In this document: positions 22,247 to 31,958 of the stretch, piece after piece
How positions within the stretch are numbered: the first letter of the stretch is position 1
How the letters are laid out: the number at the start of each line of letters is the position of its first letter
Assembly: GCA_037190965.1 (NCBI GenBank)
Contig: JBBCKI010000023.1
Coordinates: forward strand, 1 to 64,000
Reading direction: 5' to 3'
From: Chthoniobacteraceae bacterium
Lineage (GTDB): Bacteria; Verrucomicrobiota; Verrucomicrobiia; Chthoniobacterales; Chthoniobacteraceae
DNA: 64,000 bases
Notes under the pieces: generated by a model
What the model was told of the DNA's origin: nothing
Seen by the model: the letters and a program-made list of their open reading frames with translations, nothing else
Database searches by the model: none
Position numbers and translations under genes: made by a program

Positions 22247-24613
22247 TTATAAATCAGCGTTAGAGATCTCCGCCGGAGGCCGGACCGGCTCGGTTTTGCC
22301 CAGCTTCTGGAGATAGGCGATGAGCGCGATGATCTCGCGTTCCGGAATGGCTTTGACGCCCGATTTGGCGAGATCGTCGACGATCGCCTTCTGCTGGACG
22401 GCGACCGATTTCCGGATCGAGTCGATATCGTCATAAGCAAACGGAACGCCCAGTTGACGCTGCACGCGCATCTTCGAAGGAAGCGAGTCGATGTCCGTGT
22501 CGGCTTCATACAGCCACGGGTAGTTCGGCATGATCGAGTTCACCGATGTCGCCCTCGGGTTGAGCATATGCTCGTAGTGCCAGAGGTTGGGATACTTTCC
22601 GCCCTGGCGCGCGAGATCCGGGCCGGTGCGCTTGGAACCCCATTGGTGGGGATAGTCATAGATCGAGTCGCCCAGCTTGGAATAGGGGCCGTAGCGGAGC
22701 ACGTCGCTCACCAGCGTGCGGATCATCTGCGAGTGGCAGTTGTAGCACCCTTCGCGGACGTAAATCTCCCGCCCGGCAAGCTCCAGAGGGGTGTAAGGGA
22801 TCTGCCGGACCCCCTCGATATTCTCGGCCCGGTTGACCAGCAAAGTAGGGATGATCTCCACCGCGCCGCCGACCAGCACGGCGGCGATGGTCAACACGGT
22901 AAAGGGGAAGGCATTGGAGAGGAGTTTGTCATACCACATCCCCCAGGTGTGCTCCCGCAGCTCGCGGTGCACCACCGCGCTGACGACGGTAGCAATGAGC
23001 CCCATCATCGAGATGAAGCCCCCCGCGTCGCCGCCAAACCCCCAGCCCGCAAGGAAGAGGATCATCAACGTGGAGTAGATCACCGGGGCGTTGAAGATCG
23101 CCTGGAAAATCGAGAATTTCGGCTCTTCACTCTCCGATGCGACATAGACTTCCATCGAACCATTGGCCGCCTTGCCGCTCCGCATCGTCTTCCAGAGATT
23201 CCAGGCGAGCATGAAGAAACCGATGAGATAGAAGGTGCCACCGATGGCTCGGGCGACCATCATCGCCTGCGTGGCGATAATGGCGTCGATGAAGTTCGGG
23301 TAGGCAAGAACGGAGCCTGCCTCCTTGGTTCCATTGAGCATCAACCCCTGGGTGATCCCGGAAACCCACAGCGCGGCGATGTAGAGAAGAATGCCGACCA
23401 GCCCGAGCCAGAAGTGCATGTTGGCCGCCGAGCGCGAATAGAGCTTCGTATTCCAGAGGCGCGGCGCGAGGTAATAGAACATGCCCGCCGCCATGAACCC
23501 GTTCCAGCCGAGCGTGCCGCTATGCACGTGGCCGATGGTCCAGTCGGTGTAATGCGAGAGCGCGTTGACCGACTTGATCGCCAGCAGCGGCCCCTCGAAA
23601 GTCGCCATCCCATAAAAGGTGACGGCTGCGGCGAAGAACTTCAGCACCGGATCTTCCCTCAGCTTGTCCCATGCGCCACGGAGGGTGAGCAGACCATTGA
23701 GCATCCCTCCCCACGAGGGCGCCCAGAGCATCAGGCTGAAGAGCATCCCGACCGATTGAACCCACTGCGGCAACGCGGTGTTGAGGAGATGGTGCGGCCC
23801 CGCCCAGATATAGATGAAGACCAGCGACCAGAAGTGAACCACCGAGAGCCGGTAGGAGTAGACAGGCCGTTCCGCCGCCTTCGGCAGAAAGTAATACATG
23901 ATACCGAGGATCGGCGTCGTCAGGAAGAACGCGACGGCGTTATGGCCGTACCACCATTGCACCAGGGCATCCTGCACCCCGGCAAAGATCGGGTAGGAAT
24001 GCGTCCAGCTTGTCGGGATGGAGAGATGGTTGACGATGTAAAGGACCGCCACGGTGACAATCGTGCCGATGTAGAACCAGATCGCGACATAGAGGTGCTT
24101 CTCGTTGCGGCGCGCGAGCGTCCAGAAAAAGTTAATCGCAAAGACCACCCAGATCACCGCCACGGCGATATTGAGCGGCCAGATCAGTTCGGCATATTCC
24201 TTCCCGCGCGAGAAGCCGAGGGGGAGCGTGATCGCCGCCGCCGCGATGATCGCCTGCCACCCCCAGAAATGGAGCTTCGAGAGGAAATCCGAGGCAAGCC
24301 GCGCTTTCACCAGCCGTTGGGTCGAGTAATAGATACCCGCGAACATCATGTTGCCGACAAACGCGAAGATCACCGCGTTGGTATGCAACGGGCGAAGCCG
24401 CCCGAAGGTGAGCCACGAGAGGTCGAAGTTCAGCTTCCACCATGAGAGTTGCAGCGCGACGATCACGCCCACGGCCATGCCGACAATGCCCCAGAGGATC
24501 GAGGCGATCATGAACTGACGGACAATGCCGTCGTCGAACTCGATGATTTCCTTCCGGCCACCGCTCGCGCGGTTCGCAGGAATGGGGAGATGGGTGGTTT
24601 CCGGTTGGCTCAT
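22247..24613 (-). CDS. ccoNO: Fused cbb3 oxidase subunits I and II
   Basis: GRLRPLHTN, QWWYGHN, GPHH and GHVH, then EGCYNCHSQMIR and WGSKRTGPDL. Confidence 0.97.
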   Translation of the reverse strand: MSQPETTHLPIPANRASGGRKEIIEFDDGIVRQFMIASILWGIVGMAVGVIVALQLSWWKLNFDLSWLTFGRLRPLHTNAVIFAFVGNMMFAGIYYSTQRLVKARLASDFLSKLHFWGWQAIIAAAAITLPLGFSRGKEYAELIWPLNIAVAVIWVVFAINFFWTLARRNEKHLYVAIWFYIGTIVTVAVLYIVNHLSIPTSWTHSYPIFAGVQDALVQWWYGHNAVAFFLTTPILGIMYYFLPKAAERPVYSYRLSVVHFWSLVFIYIWAGPHHLLNTALPQWVQSVGMLFSLMLWAPSWGGMLNGLLTLRGAWDKLREDPVLKFFAAAVTFYGMATFEGPLLAIKSVNALSHYTDWTIGHVHSGTLGWNGFMAAGMFYYLAPRLWNTKLYSRSAANMHFWLGLVGILLYIAALWVSGITQGLMLNGTKEAGSVLAYPNFIDAIIATQAMMVARAIGGTFYLIGFFMLAWNLWKTMRSGKAANGSMEVYVASESEEPKFSIFQAIFNAPVIYSTLMILFLAGWGFGGDAGGFISMMGLIATVVSAVVHRELREHTWGMWYDKLLSNAFPFTVLTIAAVLVGGAVEIIPTLLVNRAENIEGVRQIPYTPLELAGREIYVREGCYNCHSQMIRTLVSDVLRYGPYSKLGDSIYDYPHQWGSKRTGPDLARQGGKYPNLWHYEHMLNPRATSVNSIMPNYPWLYEADTDIDSLPSKMRVQRQLGVPFAYDDIDSIRKSVAVQQKAIVDDLAKSGVKAIPEREIIALIAYLQKLGKTEPVRPPAEISNADL

Positions 24614-24617
24614 GAAA

Positions 24618-24794
24618 TCAGAGGCGGGTGGTGGTTGTTTTCGATTCACCGGGTTTGCCGGTCTGCTCCTCATCGAGCGGCATCAACGCATCTTGCTCGC
24701 CGCCGCTTTCGGAGTTGGTCTGGTGCACGAAGAACGCCATGAAGAAGCTGGCGAGGGCGAGGCCCACAAAAGCGGTCAGGATAATGACATTCAT
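24618..24794 (-). CDS. ccoS: CcoS-like cbb3 maturation peptide (58 aa, not in ORF track)
   Basis: MNVIILTAFVGLALASFFMAFFVHQTNSESGGEQDALMPLDEE... ends 4 nt before the ccoN ATG. Confidence 0.7.
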   Translation of the reverse strand: MNVIILTAFVGLALASFFMAFFVHQTNSESGGEQDALMPLDEEQTGKPGESKTTTTRL

Positions 24795-25089
24795 CGGTTT
24801 CGTGCTTTAACAACCCAGAACGTAGGCGAAGCCGCAGCCCGAGACCCCACGTGGATTGTCCAAGGCTTTGCGGATATTGTCCTTTCGCAGGGATATTGAA
24901 CCTAAAAACGGTGATGGGAGGGGATGAGCTGGCGCAAGATGCTGAGCCTCGACGAAAGTCATTCGCGGCCAGCAGATTGCGTCAGATCGCCCCGATCCAT
25001 TGCCGTTTTTAGGTTAAGGCCAACGGAGGGTGCATCATGAACAAGCGGCGTGTAGAGCGCCGCCGCCGCGCCGTCGTATCGTCCCCGCC

Positions 25090-25953
25090 ATGTTGTCGAA
25101 TCCTCCCGCTCCGCTTAATCTCGGGGCGCTCCTCGCCCAACCACGGGATTTTGTCGGAAATCGTTTTGTCTATGCCGTCATCACCAGCCGCGCCCGCGGA
25201 TTGTCGATCGGCGTGAACATGAACCCGGACCAGAAATGCAATTTCGACTGCACCTACTGCGAGGTTCGGCGGGTTCCTGAAAAAACGGGGGAACATCTCG
25301 ACATCGGCATCATGGCGCGCGAGTTGATGCACCTAGTGGCGATGGCCCGCAGCGGCCGATTGAGAGAATTGAAACCGTTCGAGAAAGTTCCGGCGGATTT
25401 GCTGGAACTTCGGGAGGTCGCCCTGAGCGGCGATGGCGAACCGAGCATGGTGGAGAATTTCGACGAAGTGGTAGCTGAAGTGCTCCTCATCAGGAAGCTG
25501 CTGGGCCATTTCAAGATCGTGCTCATCACCAATGGCACCGGGCTGAGCCGCCCCGCCGTGGAGCGCGGGCTGACCATGCTCGACGCACCCGATGAAATCT
25601 GGATCAAGCTGGATGCGGGCACGGGCCAGTTCATGAAACGGATCAACGGCACGGAAGTCCCCATCGAGGCCGTGCACGGAAACATCCTTGGGTTGGGACG
25701 GCTCCGGCCCATCGTCATCCAGAGCCTTTTTTGCAAGCGCGAGGGGCATCCTCCCGGGGAGGAGGAGATCGACGCGTACATCAACCGGCTCTCCCGGCTC
25801 AAGGTGGAGGGAGCCCGGATCTCACTGGTGCAGGTCTACTCGCTTACCCGCAAACCGGCGCGCCCCGGGTGCAAACACCTGCCGCTTGCGGAACTTTCCC
25901 GCATCGCGCGCCGCGTCCGGAGAGAGGCAAAGCTCAACGCGGAGGTCTTTTGA
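25090..25953 (+). CDS. Radical SAM protein of unknown function
   Basis: CNFDCTYC, SGDGEP, LITNGT and KLDAG. Confidence 0.88.
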   Translation: MLSNPPAPLNLGALLAQPRDFVGNRFVYAVITSRARGLSIGVNMNPDQKCNFDCTYCEVRRVPEKTGEHLDIGIMARELMHLVAMARSGRLRELKPFEKVPADLLELREVALSGDGEPSMVENFDEVVAEVLLIRKLLGHFKIVLITNGTGLSRPAVERGLTMLDAPDEIWIKLDAGTGQFMKRINGTEVPIEAVHGNILGLGRLRPIVIQSLFCKREGHPPGEEEIDAYINRLSRLKVEGARISLVQVYSLTRKPARPGCKHLPLAELSRIARRVRREAKLNAEVF

Positions 25954-25997
25954 ATCGTTGTCATGCAGGAACTTGTGGTAAGTTCCCCTGCTTATCG

Positions 25998-26882
25998 ATG
26001 CAAAGAGACCCCGAAGCCAAGTTGCTTGAGCAACTCAGCCGCTCCAAGATATTTCAGGATTACGAGAAGGCGTTCGGCGAAGCCACCCGGCTTCCCTTGA
26101 GCCTGCGGCCGCTCGAATTCTGGAACGTGGCGCATCGTGGCAAGAAGCACGAGAACCCTTTCTGTGCGCTGCTCGCGCAATCGAGCAAGTCTTGCGCAGC
26201 ATGCCTGGAGGTGCAGGAAAAGATTACAGGAGGCTCCGATGTAAAGGCGCGGACGGCGACCTGTTTCGCCGGGCTTTCCGATACGGCGGTTCCGGTCGCT
26301 TTGGGGGAGAAGGTGATCGGCTACCTACAAACCGGACAGGTGGCCTTGAGGAACCCCAGCAAACCGCGTTTCCAACGCATCGCCCGGCAGTTGGTGGAAT
26401 GGGGAATGAAGGTGGACCTGGGCGAGCTGGAGGAAGCCTACTTCCAGTCCTGCGTGCTGGCCCCGGAGCAGTATCAGGCGATGGTCCGGCTGTTGGAGAT
26501 CTTCGCGCAGCATCTAGGGACGCTCTCCAACCAGATCGCGGTGCAGGAAACCCACGCAGAGCCGCCGATGATCCATCGGGCCAAGGCTTTCATTGAAGAG
26601 CACAAGTCCGACCCGATCTCGCTCGGGGAGGTCGCCCGCGCCCTCAATGTCAGCACCTTCTATTTCTGCAAACTCTTCAAGAAAGCGACCGGGTTGAACT
26701 TCACCGAGTACTTGGCGAGGGTGCGGGTCGAAAAAGCAAAGAACCTCCTGCTCAATCCCAACCTTCGCATCAGCGAGATCGCCTACGAGGTCGGGTTCCA
26801 GTCGCTCACCCATTTCAACCGCGTGTTCCGGCGCATCGCCGGACGTTCGCCCACCGCCTACCGCGATTCGCTGCCGCGATAG
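25998..26882 (+). CDS. AraC-family regulator with Cys-rich PocR-type sensor domain
   Basis: NPFCALL...SCAAC...TCFAGLSDTAVPV...IGYLQTGQV, plus a C-terminal AraC HTH. Confidence 0.88.
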   Translation: MQRDPEAKLLEQLSRSKIFQDYEKAFGEATRLPLSLRPLEFWNVAHRGKKHENPFCALLAQSSKSCAACLEVQEKITGGSDVKARTATCFAGLSDTAVPVALGEKVIGYLQTGQVALRNPSKPRFQRIARQLVEWGMKVDLGELEEAYFQSCVLAPEQYQAMVRLLEIFAQHLGTLSNQIAVQETHAEPPMIHRAKAFIEEHKSDPISLGEVARALNVSTFYFCKLFKKATGLNFTEYLARVRVEKAKNLLLNPNLRISEIAYEVGFQSLTHFNRVFRRIAGRSPTAYRDSLPR

Positions 26883-26953
26883 AGAGCGGGCGCAAGAGGA
26901 TCGACTTCGCCCCCGGTTCACGCTATTACCGCGACAACTTAAACCGAAAACCG

Positions 26954-27865
26954 ATGAACTTGATTTGGGGTATCGATCTTGGCGGAACAAAAATTGAAGG
27001 CGCCATCATGGACGAATGCCGTCCGGAAACGGCCCTGGTGCGCGAACGGGTTCCGACGGAATCGGCGCAGGGCTACGATCACATCATCGCCCAGGCGGTC
27101 CGGCTCGTGGAGAAGCTCGAGCAGCAAAGCGGGCAGAAGCGGCCGGCGCGCATCGGCATCGGAACGCCAGGGAACACGAACCCCAACGACGGCCTTCTCT
27201 ACCACTCCAATACCCAGTGCCTCAACGGCCGCCCGTTCCAAAGGGATCTTTCGGCGGCGGTGGGCGCGGAAATCGTGATCGCCAACGACGCCAATTGCAT
27301 GGCGCTTGCCGAAGCCGTTCTCGGCGCGGCGCGCGGGTATGAAACGATGATCGGCCTGATTCTCGGGACCGGCGTCGGCGGTGGCCTCGTCGTCGATGGC
27401 CGCATTGTGCAGGGTCGCCACGGCATCGCGGGAGAGTGGGGCCAGATCGTTCTCGACCCGGAGGGCCCCGTCTCCGCCTACGGCACTCGCGGCACGGTGG
27501 AATCCTATCTCGCCGGGCCAGCGCTGGAACGATGCTACGAACGGCTCACGGGCACCCGCAAACCGTTGCCCGAGATCGTCCGCGCCGCCGAAGCCAATGA
27601 AGACCCGGCGGCCGTGAAAACCATGGATCAACTCGTCACCCGGTTTGCCCAGGCGGTGTCGATCCTTATCAACATCTTCGATCCCCACGCCATCGTCGTG
27701 GCGGGCGGGGTGAGCAACATCGACCTGATCTACTCCGCACGGATGCGCGAGGCATTGCAGAAGCACGTCTTCCAGCAGGACTTCAGCACTGCCATCCTCC
27801 GCCCCCAACTCGGTGATAGCGCCGGGGTGTTTGGCGCGGGGATGCTGGTGGCGTCGGGCCGGTGA
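26954..27865 (+). CDS. ROK-family sugar kinase
   Basis: GIDLGGTK, NDANC, GTGVGGG and GEWG. Confidence 0.92.
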   Translation: MNLIWGIDLGGTKIEGAIMDECRPETALVRERVPTESAQGYDHIIAQAVRLVEKLEQQSGQKRPARIGIGTPGNTNPNDGLLYHSNTQCLNGRPFQRDLSAAVGAEIVIANDANCMALAEAVLGAARGYETMIGLILGTGVGGGLVVDGRIVQGRHGIAGEWGQIVLDPEGPVSAYGTRGTVESYLAGPALERCYERLTGTRKPLPEIVRAAEANEDPAAVKTMDQLVTRFAQAVSILINIFDPHAIVVAGGVSNIDLIYSARMREALQKHVFQQDFSTAILRPQLGDSAGVFGAGMLVASGR

Positions 27866-27891
27866 GGCAATTGCGCACCCAACTGAAAGGG

Positions 27892-27967
27892 TTCGCGGCA
27901 AGGACGCCAAGCTCTCCAAGTCTTCAGAATCTTTCAACCTTGGCGGGCCTGGCGTCCTTGGCGCGAA
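27892..27967. repeat. Imperfect palindrome built from CCAAG/CTTGG units
   Basis: TTCGCGGCAAGGACGCCAAGCTCTCCAAG ... CTTGGCGGGCCTGGCGTCCTTGGCGCGAA. Confidence 0.75.
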
Positions 27968-27984
27968 AAAAAGCCCTTCCCTCA

Positions 27985-28155
27985 GAAATTGGTGCGGCAG
28001 CACCGGTAGCACGCTCGCGCCGTCGAGCGCGGAATTTGGCTCCCGTGGCTTCAACAAGGCCACATCCCAGCACCTATAGCCCGTCCTGCGGGGATGGACA
28101 TCCAACGAGACTCTTCACCGATCCCGCGCTCTCGGCGAGAGCGGTCTACCTTGCA
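27985..28155 (+). repeat. ~170 bp dispersed REPIN-like repeat, copy 1
   Basis: Aligns by eye with 48115-48286 and the reverse complement of 52022-52191. Confidence 0.92.
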
Positions 28156-28212
28156 TTTTTCCAGCAGCCAACAAACTACGCCGATCGTCGTGGTCAACGT
28201 TGGAATTCGAGA

Positions 28213-29133
28213 TCACTTCACCGCCGTCGCCAGCACCGTCTGGAAATTCGGCGGCTCGGCTTCGCGGTCGACGACAGCAATCTGAATGTCACGAAAGCCC
28301 GCCTCGCGCAGCATCTCGTCGAACTGCACTTCGCTGAAGCCGAGCCAGAGATCGGCGTAAAGCTCCCGCGCGCTCTCGAACTGATGGGCCAGCAGATCAA
28401 GAATCGCGATGCGGCCGCCCGGCTTCAAGATCCGGTAAGCAGCGGCGACGGCGCGCGCCGGATTGACGGCGTGGTGCAGCGCCTGACTTAAAAGCGCGAG
28501 ATCCACGGAGGCATCGTCGATGGGCGGGTCTTCCATGTCGCCCAGCCGGTATTCAAGGTTTCCGAAACCGTGCTCCCGCGCGAGATTTGCGCCGAATTCC
28601 ACCATCTTCTCGGAATTGTCCACGGCGATCACCCCCTTCGCATGCCGCGCCAGCAGTTGAGAGAGCATCCCCTCGCCCGCGCCGAGATCGGCCACCGTGA
28701 TCGGCCCCGCCAGCGTGAGCAACATCTGCGAAAACCCTTTCCAGGAGCGGCCCGGGCAAAGGCTCCGGTCGAACTTCCCGGCCAGCTTGTTGAAATAATC
28801 GCGCGCCTTGTCCTGCCGTTTGACCCGGATCAACCGCAGGGCGGCGCGATCCTGGGCGGCTTCGGGAATCTCCGCCGCGCTCGCCGCGATGATCGCCTTG
28901 AAAGGGTCATGATCGGTCTCCGAAAGGCCGTAATAGATGTTTTTCCCCGCCCGCCGGTTGCGAACGAGCCTCGCGGCCTTTAGCTGGGCGAGGTGGCTGG
29001 AAATCCGGCTCTGCCCCATTCCCAGAATCTCCTGGATCTCCACCACGGAAAGCTCCTCCTCCCGCAGCAACAGAAGGAGACGGAGCCGGGTGGGATCAGC
29101 CAGAAGCTTGAGAGATTTGACGATGGCGGCCAT
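28213..29133 (-). CDS. ArsR-HTH / class I methyltransferase-fold fusion, SahR-like SAM-cycle regulator
   Basis: LADPTRLRLL...SQSRISSHL-like HTH plus VADLGAGEG. Divergent from metK-ahcY. Confidence 0.85.
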   Translation of the reverse strand: MAAIVKSLKLLADPTRLRLLLLLREEELSVVEIQEILGMGQSRISSHLAQLKAARLVRNRRAGKNIYYGLSETDHDPFKAIIAASAAEIPEAAQDRAALRLIRVKRQDKARDYFNKLAGKFDRSLCPGRSWKGFSQMLLTLAGPITVADLGAGEGMLSQLLARHAKGVIAVDNSEKMVEFGANLAREHGFGNLEYRLGDMEDPPIDDASVDLALLSQALHHAVNPARAVAAAYRILKPGGRIAILDLLAHQFESARELYADLWLGFSEVQFDEMLREAGFRDIQIAVVDREAEPPNFQTVLATAVK

Positions 29134-29207
29134 GACGGAAGTTCGAGGGTCGGGGAAGGCCCGAGAACGTATTTTGAGATTGACGGGCAGGGGGAGCTTG
29201 CCGGAAT

Positions 29208-29227
29208 ATATCAACGCATCACGATAG
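29208..29227. promoter_or_regulatory. Candidate SahR operator
   Basis: ATATCAACGCATCACGATAG (TATC-N10-GATA), between opposed TTGAC hexamers. Confidence 0.6.
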
Positions 29228-29319
29228 GTCAATACTTTAGACCCCATTGACCCCATTCGGCGGTGCTCCGTGATATCACCGCCGCTTCAAGCATTTCTTA
29301 ACTCCTCATTCATCCACCC

Positions 29320-30495
29320 ATGTCCAGAAGCTATATCTTCTCCTCCGAGTCTGTCGGCGAAGGCCATCCCGACAAGGTTTGCGACACCATCTCCGACGCC
29401 ATTCTTGACGCGTGCCTCGCGCAGGACCCAAAAAGCCGGGTGGCCTGCGAGACCTACGCCAAGAGCAATATCGTGGTGATCGGCGGCGAGATCACCACCA
29501 ACGCCCAGGTCCATTTCAACAGCCTCGTGCGTGACGCGATCCGGGAGATCGGCTACGTCAACGACGACGACATTTTCCATGCCGACAAGGTGTTCATCAT
29601 GAACATCCTCACCTCGCAGAGCGCCGACATCGCCCAAGGCGTCGACGAGACCGAGGCTGACGGCAAAGGCCACGCCGAACAGGGCGCTGGCGACCAGGGG
29701 CTCATGTTCGGCTACGCCTGCAACGAGACGCCCGAACTGATGCCCGCTCCGGTGATGTACGCCCACCGCCTCGGCCGGGAGTTGACCCGCATCCGCAAGA
29801 GCGGCCAGGTCAACTGGCTGCGCCCCGACGCGAAGAGCCAGGTCTCGGTCCGTTACGAAGACGGCAAGCCGGTGGAGATCACCAACGTGGTCATCTCCAC
29901 CCAGCACACCGAAGGGGTCAAGCACAGCGAGATTCGCGACTTCCTGATCACCGAGATCATCAAGAAGCAGATCCCCGCGAGCCTGCTGACCGGGCGCACC
30001 GAGTTCCTCATCAACCCGACAGGCCGCTTCGTCATCGGCGGGCCTCAGGGCGACACCGGGTTGACCGGGCGCAAGATCATCGTCGACACCTACGGCGGCA
30101 TGGGTCGCCACGGCGGCGGCGCCTTCTCGGGCAAGGACCCCTCCAAAGTGGACCGCTCGGCGGCGTACATGGGCCGTTACGTGGCCAAGAACATTGTCGC
30201 GGCGGGCCTTGCCGCGCGTTGCGAAATCCAGTTCGCCTACGCGATCGGCTATCCCGATCCGGTGAGCATCCACATCGACACCTTCGGCACCCACACGGTG
30301 GACGAGGAGAAGATCGAAAAAGCGGTCGCCCAGGTCTTCAGCTTCAAGCCTGCGGAGATCATCCGGCAGCTCGACCTGCTGCGCCCCATCTACAGCAAGA
30401 CCACCAACTACGGGCACTTCGGCAAGATCGACGACCTCGACGCCATCACCTGGGAGCGCACCGACAAGGTGGAAGCCCTCAAAGCCGCTCTGTAG
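29320..30495 (+). CDS. metK: S-adenosylmethionine synthetase
   Basis: [17 protein letters not shown] and GGGAFSGKD. Confidence 0.98.
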   Translation: MSRSYIFSSESVGEGHPDKVCDTISDAILDACLAQDPKSRVACETYAKSNIVVIGGEITTNAQVHFNSLVRDAIREIGYVNDDDIFHADKVFIMNILTSQSADIAQGVDETEADGKGHAEQGAGDQGLMFGYACNETPELMPAPVMYAHRLGRELTRIRKSGQVNWLRPDAKSQVSVRYEDGKPVEITNVVISTQHTEGVKHSEIRDFLITEIIKKQIPASLLTGRTEFLINPTGRFVIGGPQGDTGLTGRKIIVDTYGGMGRHGGGAFSGKDPSKVDRSAAYMGRYVAKNIVAAGLAARCEIQFAYAIGYPDPVSIHIDTFGTHTVDEEKIEKAVAQVFSFKPAEIIRQLDLLRPIYSKTTNYGHFGKIDDLDAITWERTDKVEALKAAL

Positions 30496-30533
30496 GCCGC
30501 CCTGTAAGAAACAAGCACGTTTTCACACGCATC

Positions 30534-31958
30534 ATGACCACTCAATCAAACGTTGTCGCCGACTACAAAGTGGCGGACCTGAGCCTCGCCGAATGGGGCC
30601 GCAAGGAAATCTCCATCGCCGAGCAGGAAATGCCCGGCCTGATCTCTATTCGCAACCAATACGCGGCGGCCAAACCGCTGGCAGGCGTCCGGATCACCGG
30701 TTCGCTGCACATGACCATCCAGACGGCGGTGCTCATCGAGACACTCGTCGCGCTCGGGGCCGACGTCCGCTGGGCAAGCTGCAATATCTTCTCCACTCAG
30801 GACCACGCCGCCGCGGCCATCGCCGCTGCCGGGGTGCCGGTGTTTGCCTGGAAGGGCGAAACGCTGGAGGAATACTGGTGGTGCACCGAGAAGGCGATCT
30901 CCTTCCCCGGGAACCTCGGGCCTCAATTGATCGTGGACGACGGTGGCGACGTCACGCTCCTGCTGCACAAAGGGTACGAGCTGGAGAACGGCTCGGACTG
31001 GGTGAACAGCGCGTCCGGCAGCCATGAAGAGAGCGTCATCAAAGACCTCCTCAAAAAGCTCCATGCCGAAACGCCTTGCCGCTTCCATGAAGTCATCAAG
31101 GAACTTCGCGGCGTCTCCGAAGAGACAACCACCGGCGTGCACCGCCTCTACCAGATGCTGGAAAAGGGGACGCTTCTCATTCCCGCCATCAACGTCAACG
31201 ACACAGCCACGAAGTCGAAGTTCGACAACCTCTACGGCTGCCGCCACTCGCTGGTGGACGGCATCAACCGCGCGCTCGACGTGATGCTCTCGGGCAAAGT
31301 CGCCGTCGTTTGCGGTTACGGGGATGTCGGCAAAGGCTGCGCCCAGTCGCTCAAGGGCCAGGGCGCGCGCGTCATCGTCACGGAAGTCGATCCGATCAAC
31401 GCCCTTCAGGCCGCGATGGAAGGCTACGAAGTCACCACCGTCGAGGACACCCTCGGGCGTGGCGATCTCTACGTCACCACCACCGGCAACGTCGACATCA
31501 TCACCTTCGAGCACATGGCGAAGATGAAAGACCAGGCCGTCGTTTGTAACATCGGCCACTTCGACAACGAAATTCAGGTCGACCTGCTCAACAACGCCTC
31601 CGGCGTCACCAAGACCAACATCAAGCCGCAGGTGGACAAGTACACCTTCGCGGACGGCCATGAGATCTTCCTGCTTGCGGAAGGCCGCCTCGTGAACCTC
31701 GGTTGCGCCACGGGCCACCCCTCGTTTGTGATGAGCGCGAGCTTCTCCAACCAGGTCCTCGCCCAGCTCGACCTCTGGAAGAACCGCGACACCAACAAGC
31801 CCGGCGTCTACATCCTCCCGAAGAAACTCGACGAGGAAGTCGCCCGCCTGCACCTGGAAAAAATCGGCGTGAAGCTCACGAAGCTCTCGCAGAAGCAGGC
31901 CGATTACCTCGGAGTGCCCGTGGAAGGGCCATACAAGCCCGATCACTACCGGTACTAG
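30534..31958 (+). CDS. ahcY: S-adenosylhomocysteine hydrolase
   Basis: [25 protein letters not shown] and GCATGHPS. Confidence 0.98.
   Translation: MTTQSNVVADYKVADLSLAEWGRKEISIAEQEMPGLISIRNQYAAAKPLAGVRITGSLHMTIQTAVLIETLVALGADVRWASCNIFSTQDHAAAAIAAAGVPVFAWKGETLEEYWWCTEKAISFPGNLGPQLIVDDGGDVTLLLHKGYELENGSDWVNSASGSHEESVIKDLLKKLHAETPCRFHEVIKELRGVSEETTTGVHRLYQMLEKGTLLIPAINVNDTATKSKFDNLYGCRHSLVDGINRALDVMLSGKVAVVCGYGDVGKGCAQSLKGQGARVIVTEVDPINALQAAMEGYEVTTVEDTLGRGDLYVTTTGNVDIITFEHMAKMKDQAVVCNIGHFDNEIQVDLLNNASGVTKTNIKPQVDKYTFADGHEIFLLAEGRLVNLGCATGHPSFVMSASFSNQVLAQLDLWKNRDTNKPGVYILPKKLDEEVARLHLEKIGVKLTKLSQKQADYLGVPVEGPYKPDHYRY

Noticed and set aside
22454..24445. Long antisense ORFs (also 29287-30417, 30546-31946, 15404-16237, 55043-56398)
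   Set aside because: These are shadow frames opposite well-conserved high-GC genes and show no protein motifs.
22247..24613. ccoN-ccoO fusion and long IspG (62202-63986) as novelties
   Set aside because: Both architectures are already known in Bacteroidota/PVC-type lineages.
27862..28491. ORFs spanning the repeats (27862-28491, 47956-48456, 52053-52238, 52072-52620)
   Set aside because: Their mutual similarity comes from translating the non-coding repeat, and the frames are not conserved between copies.
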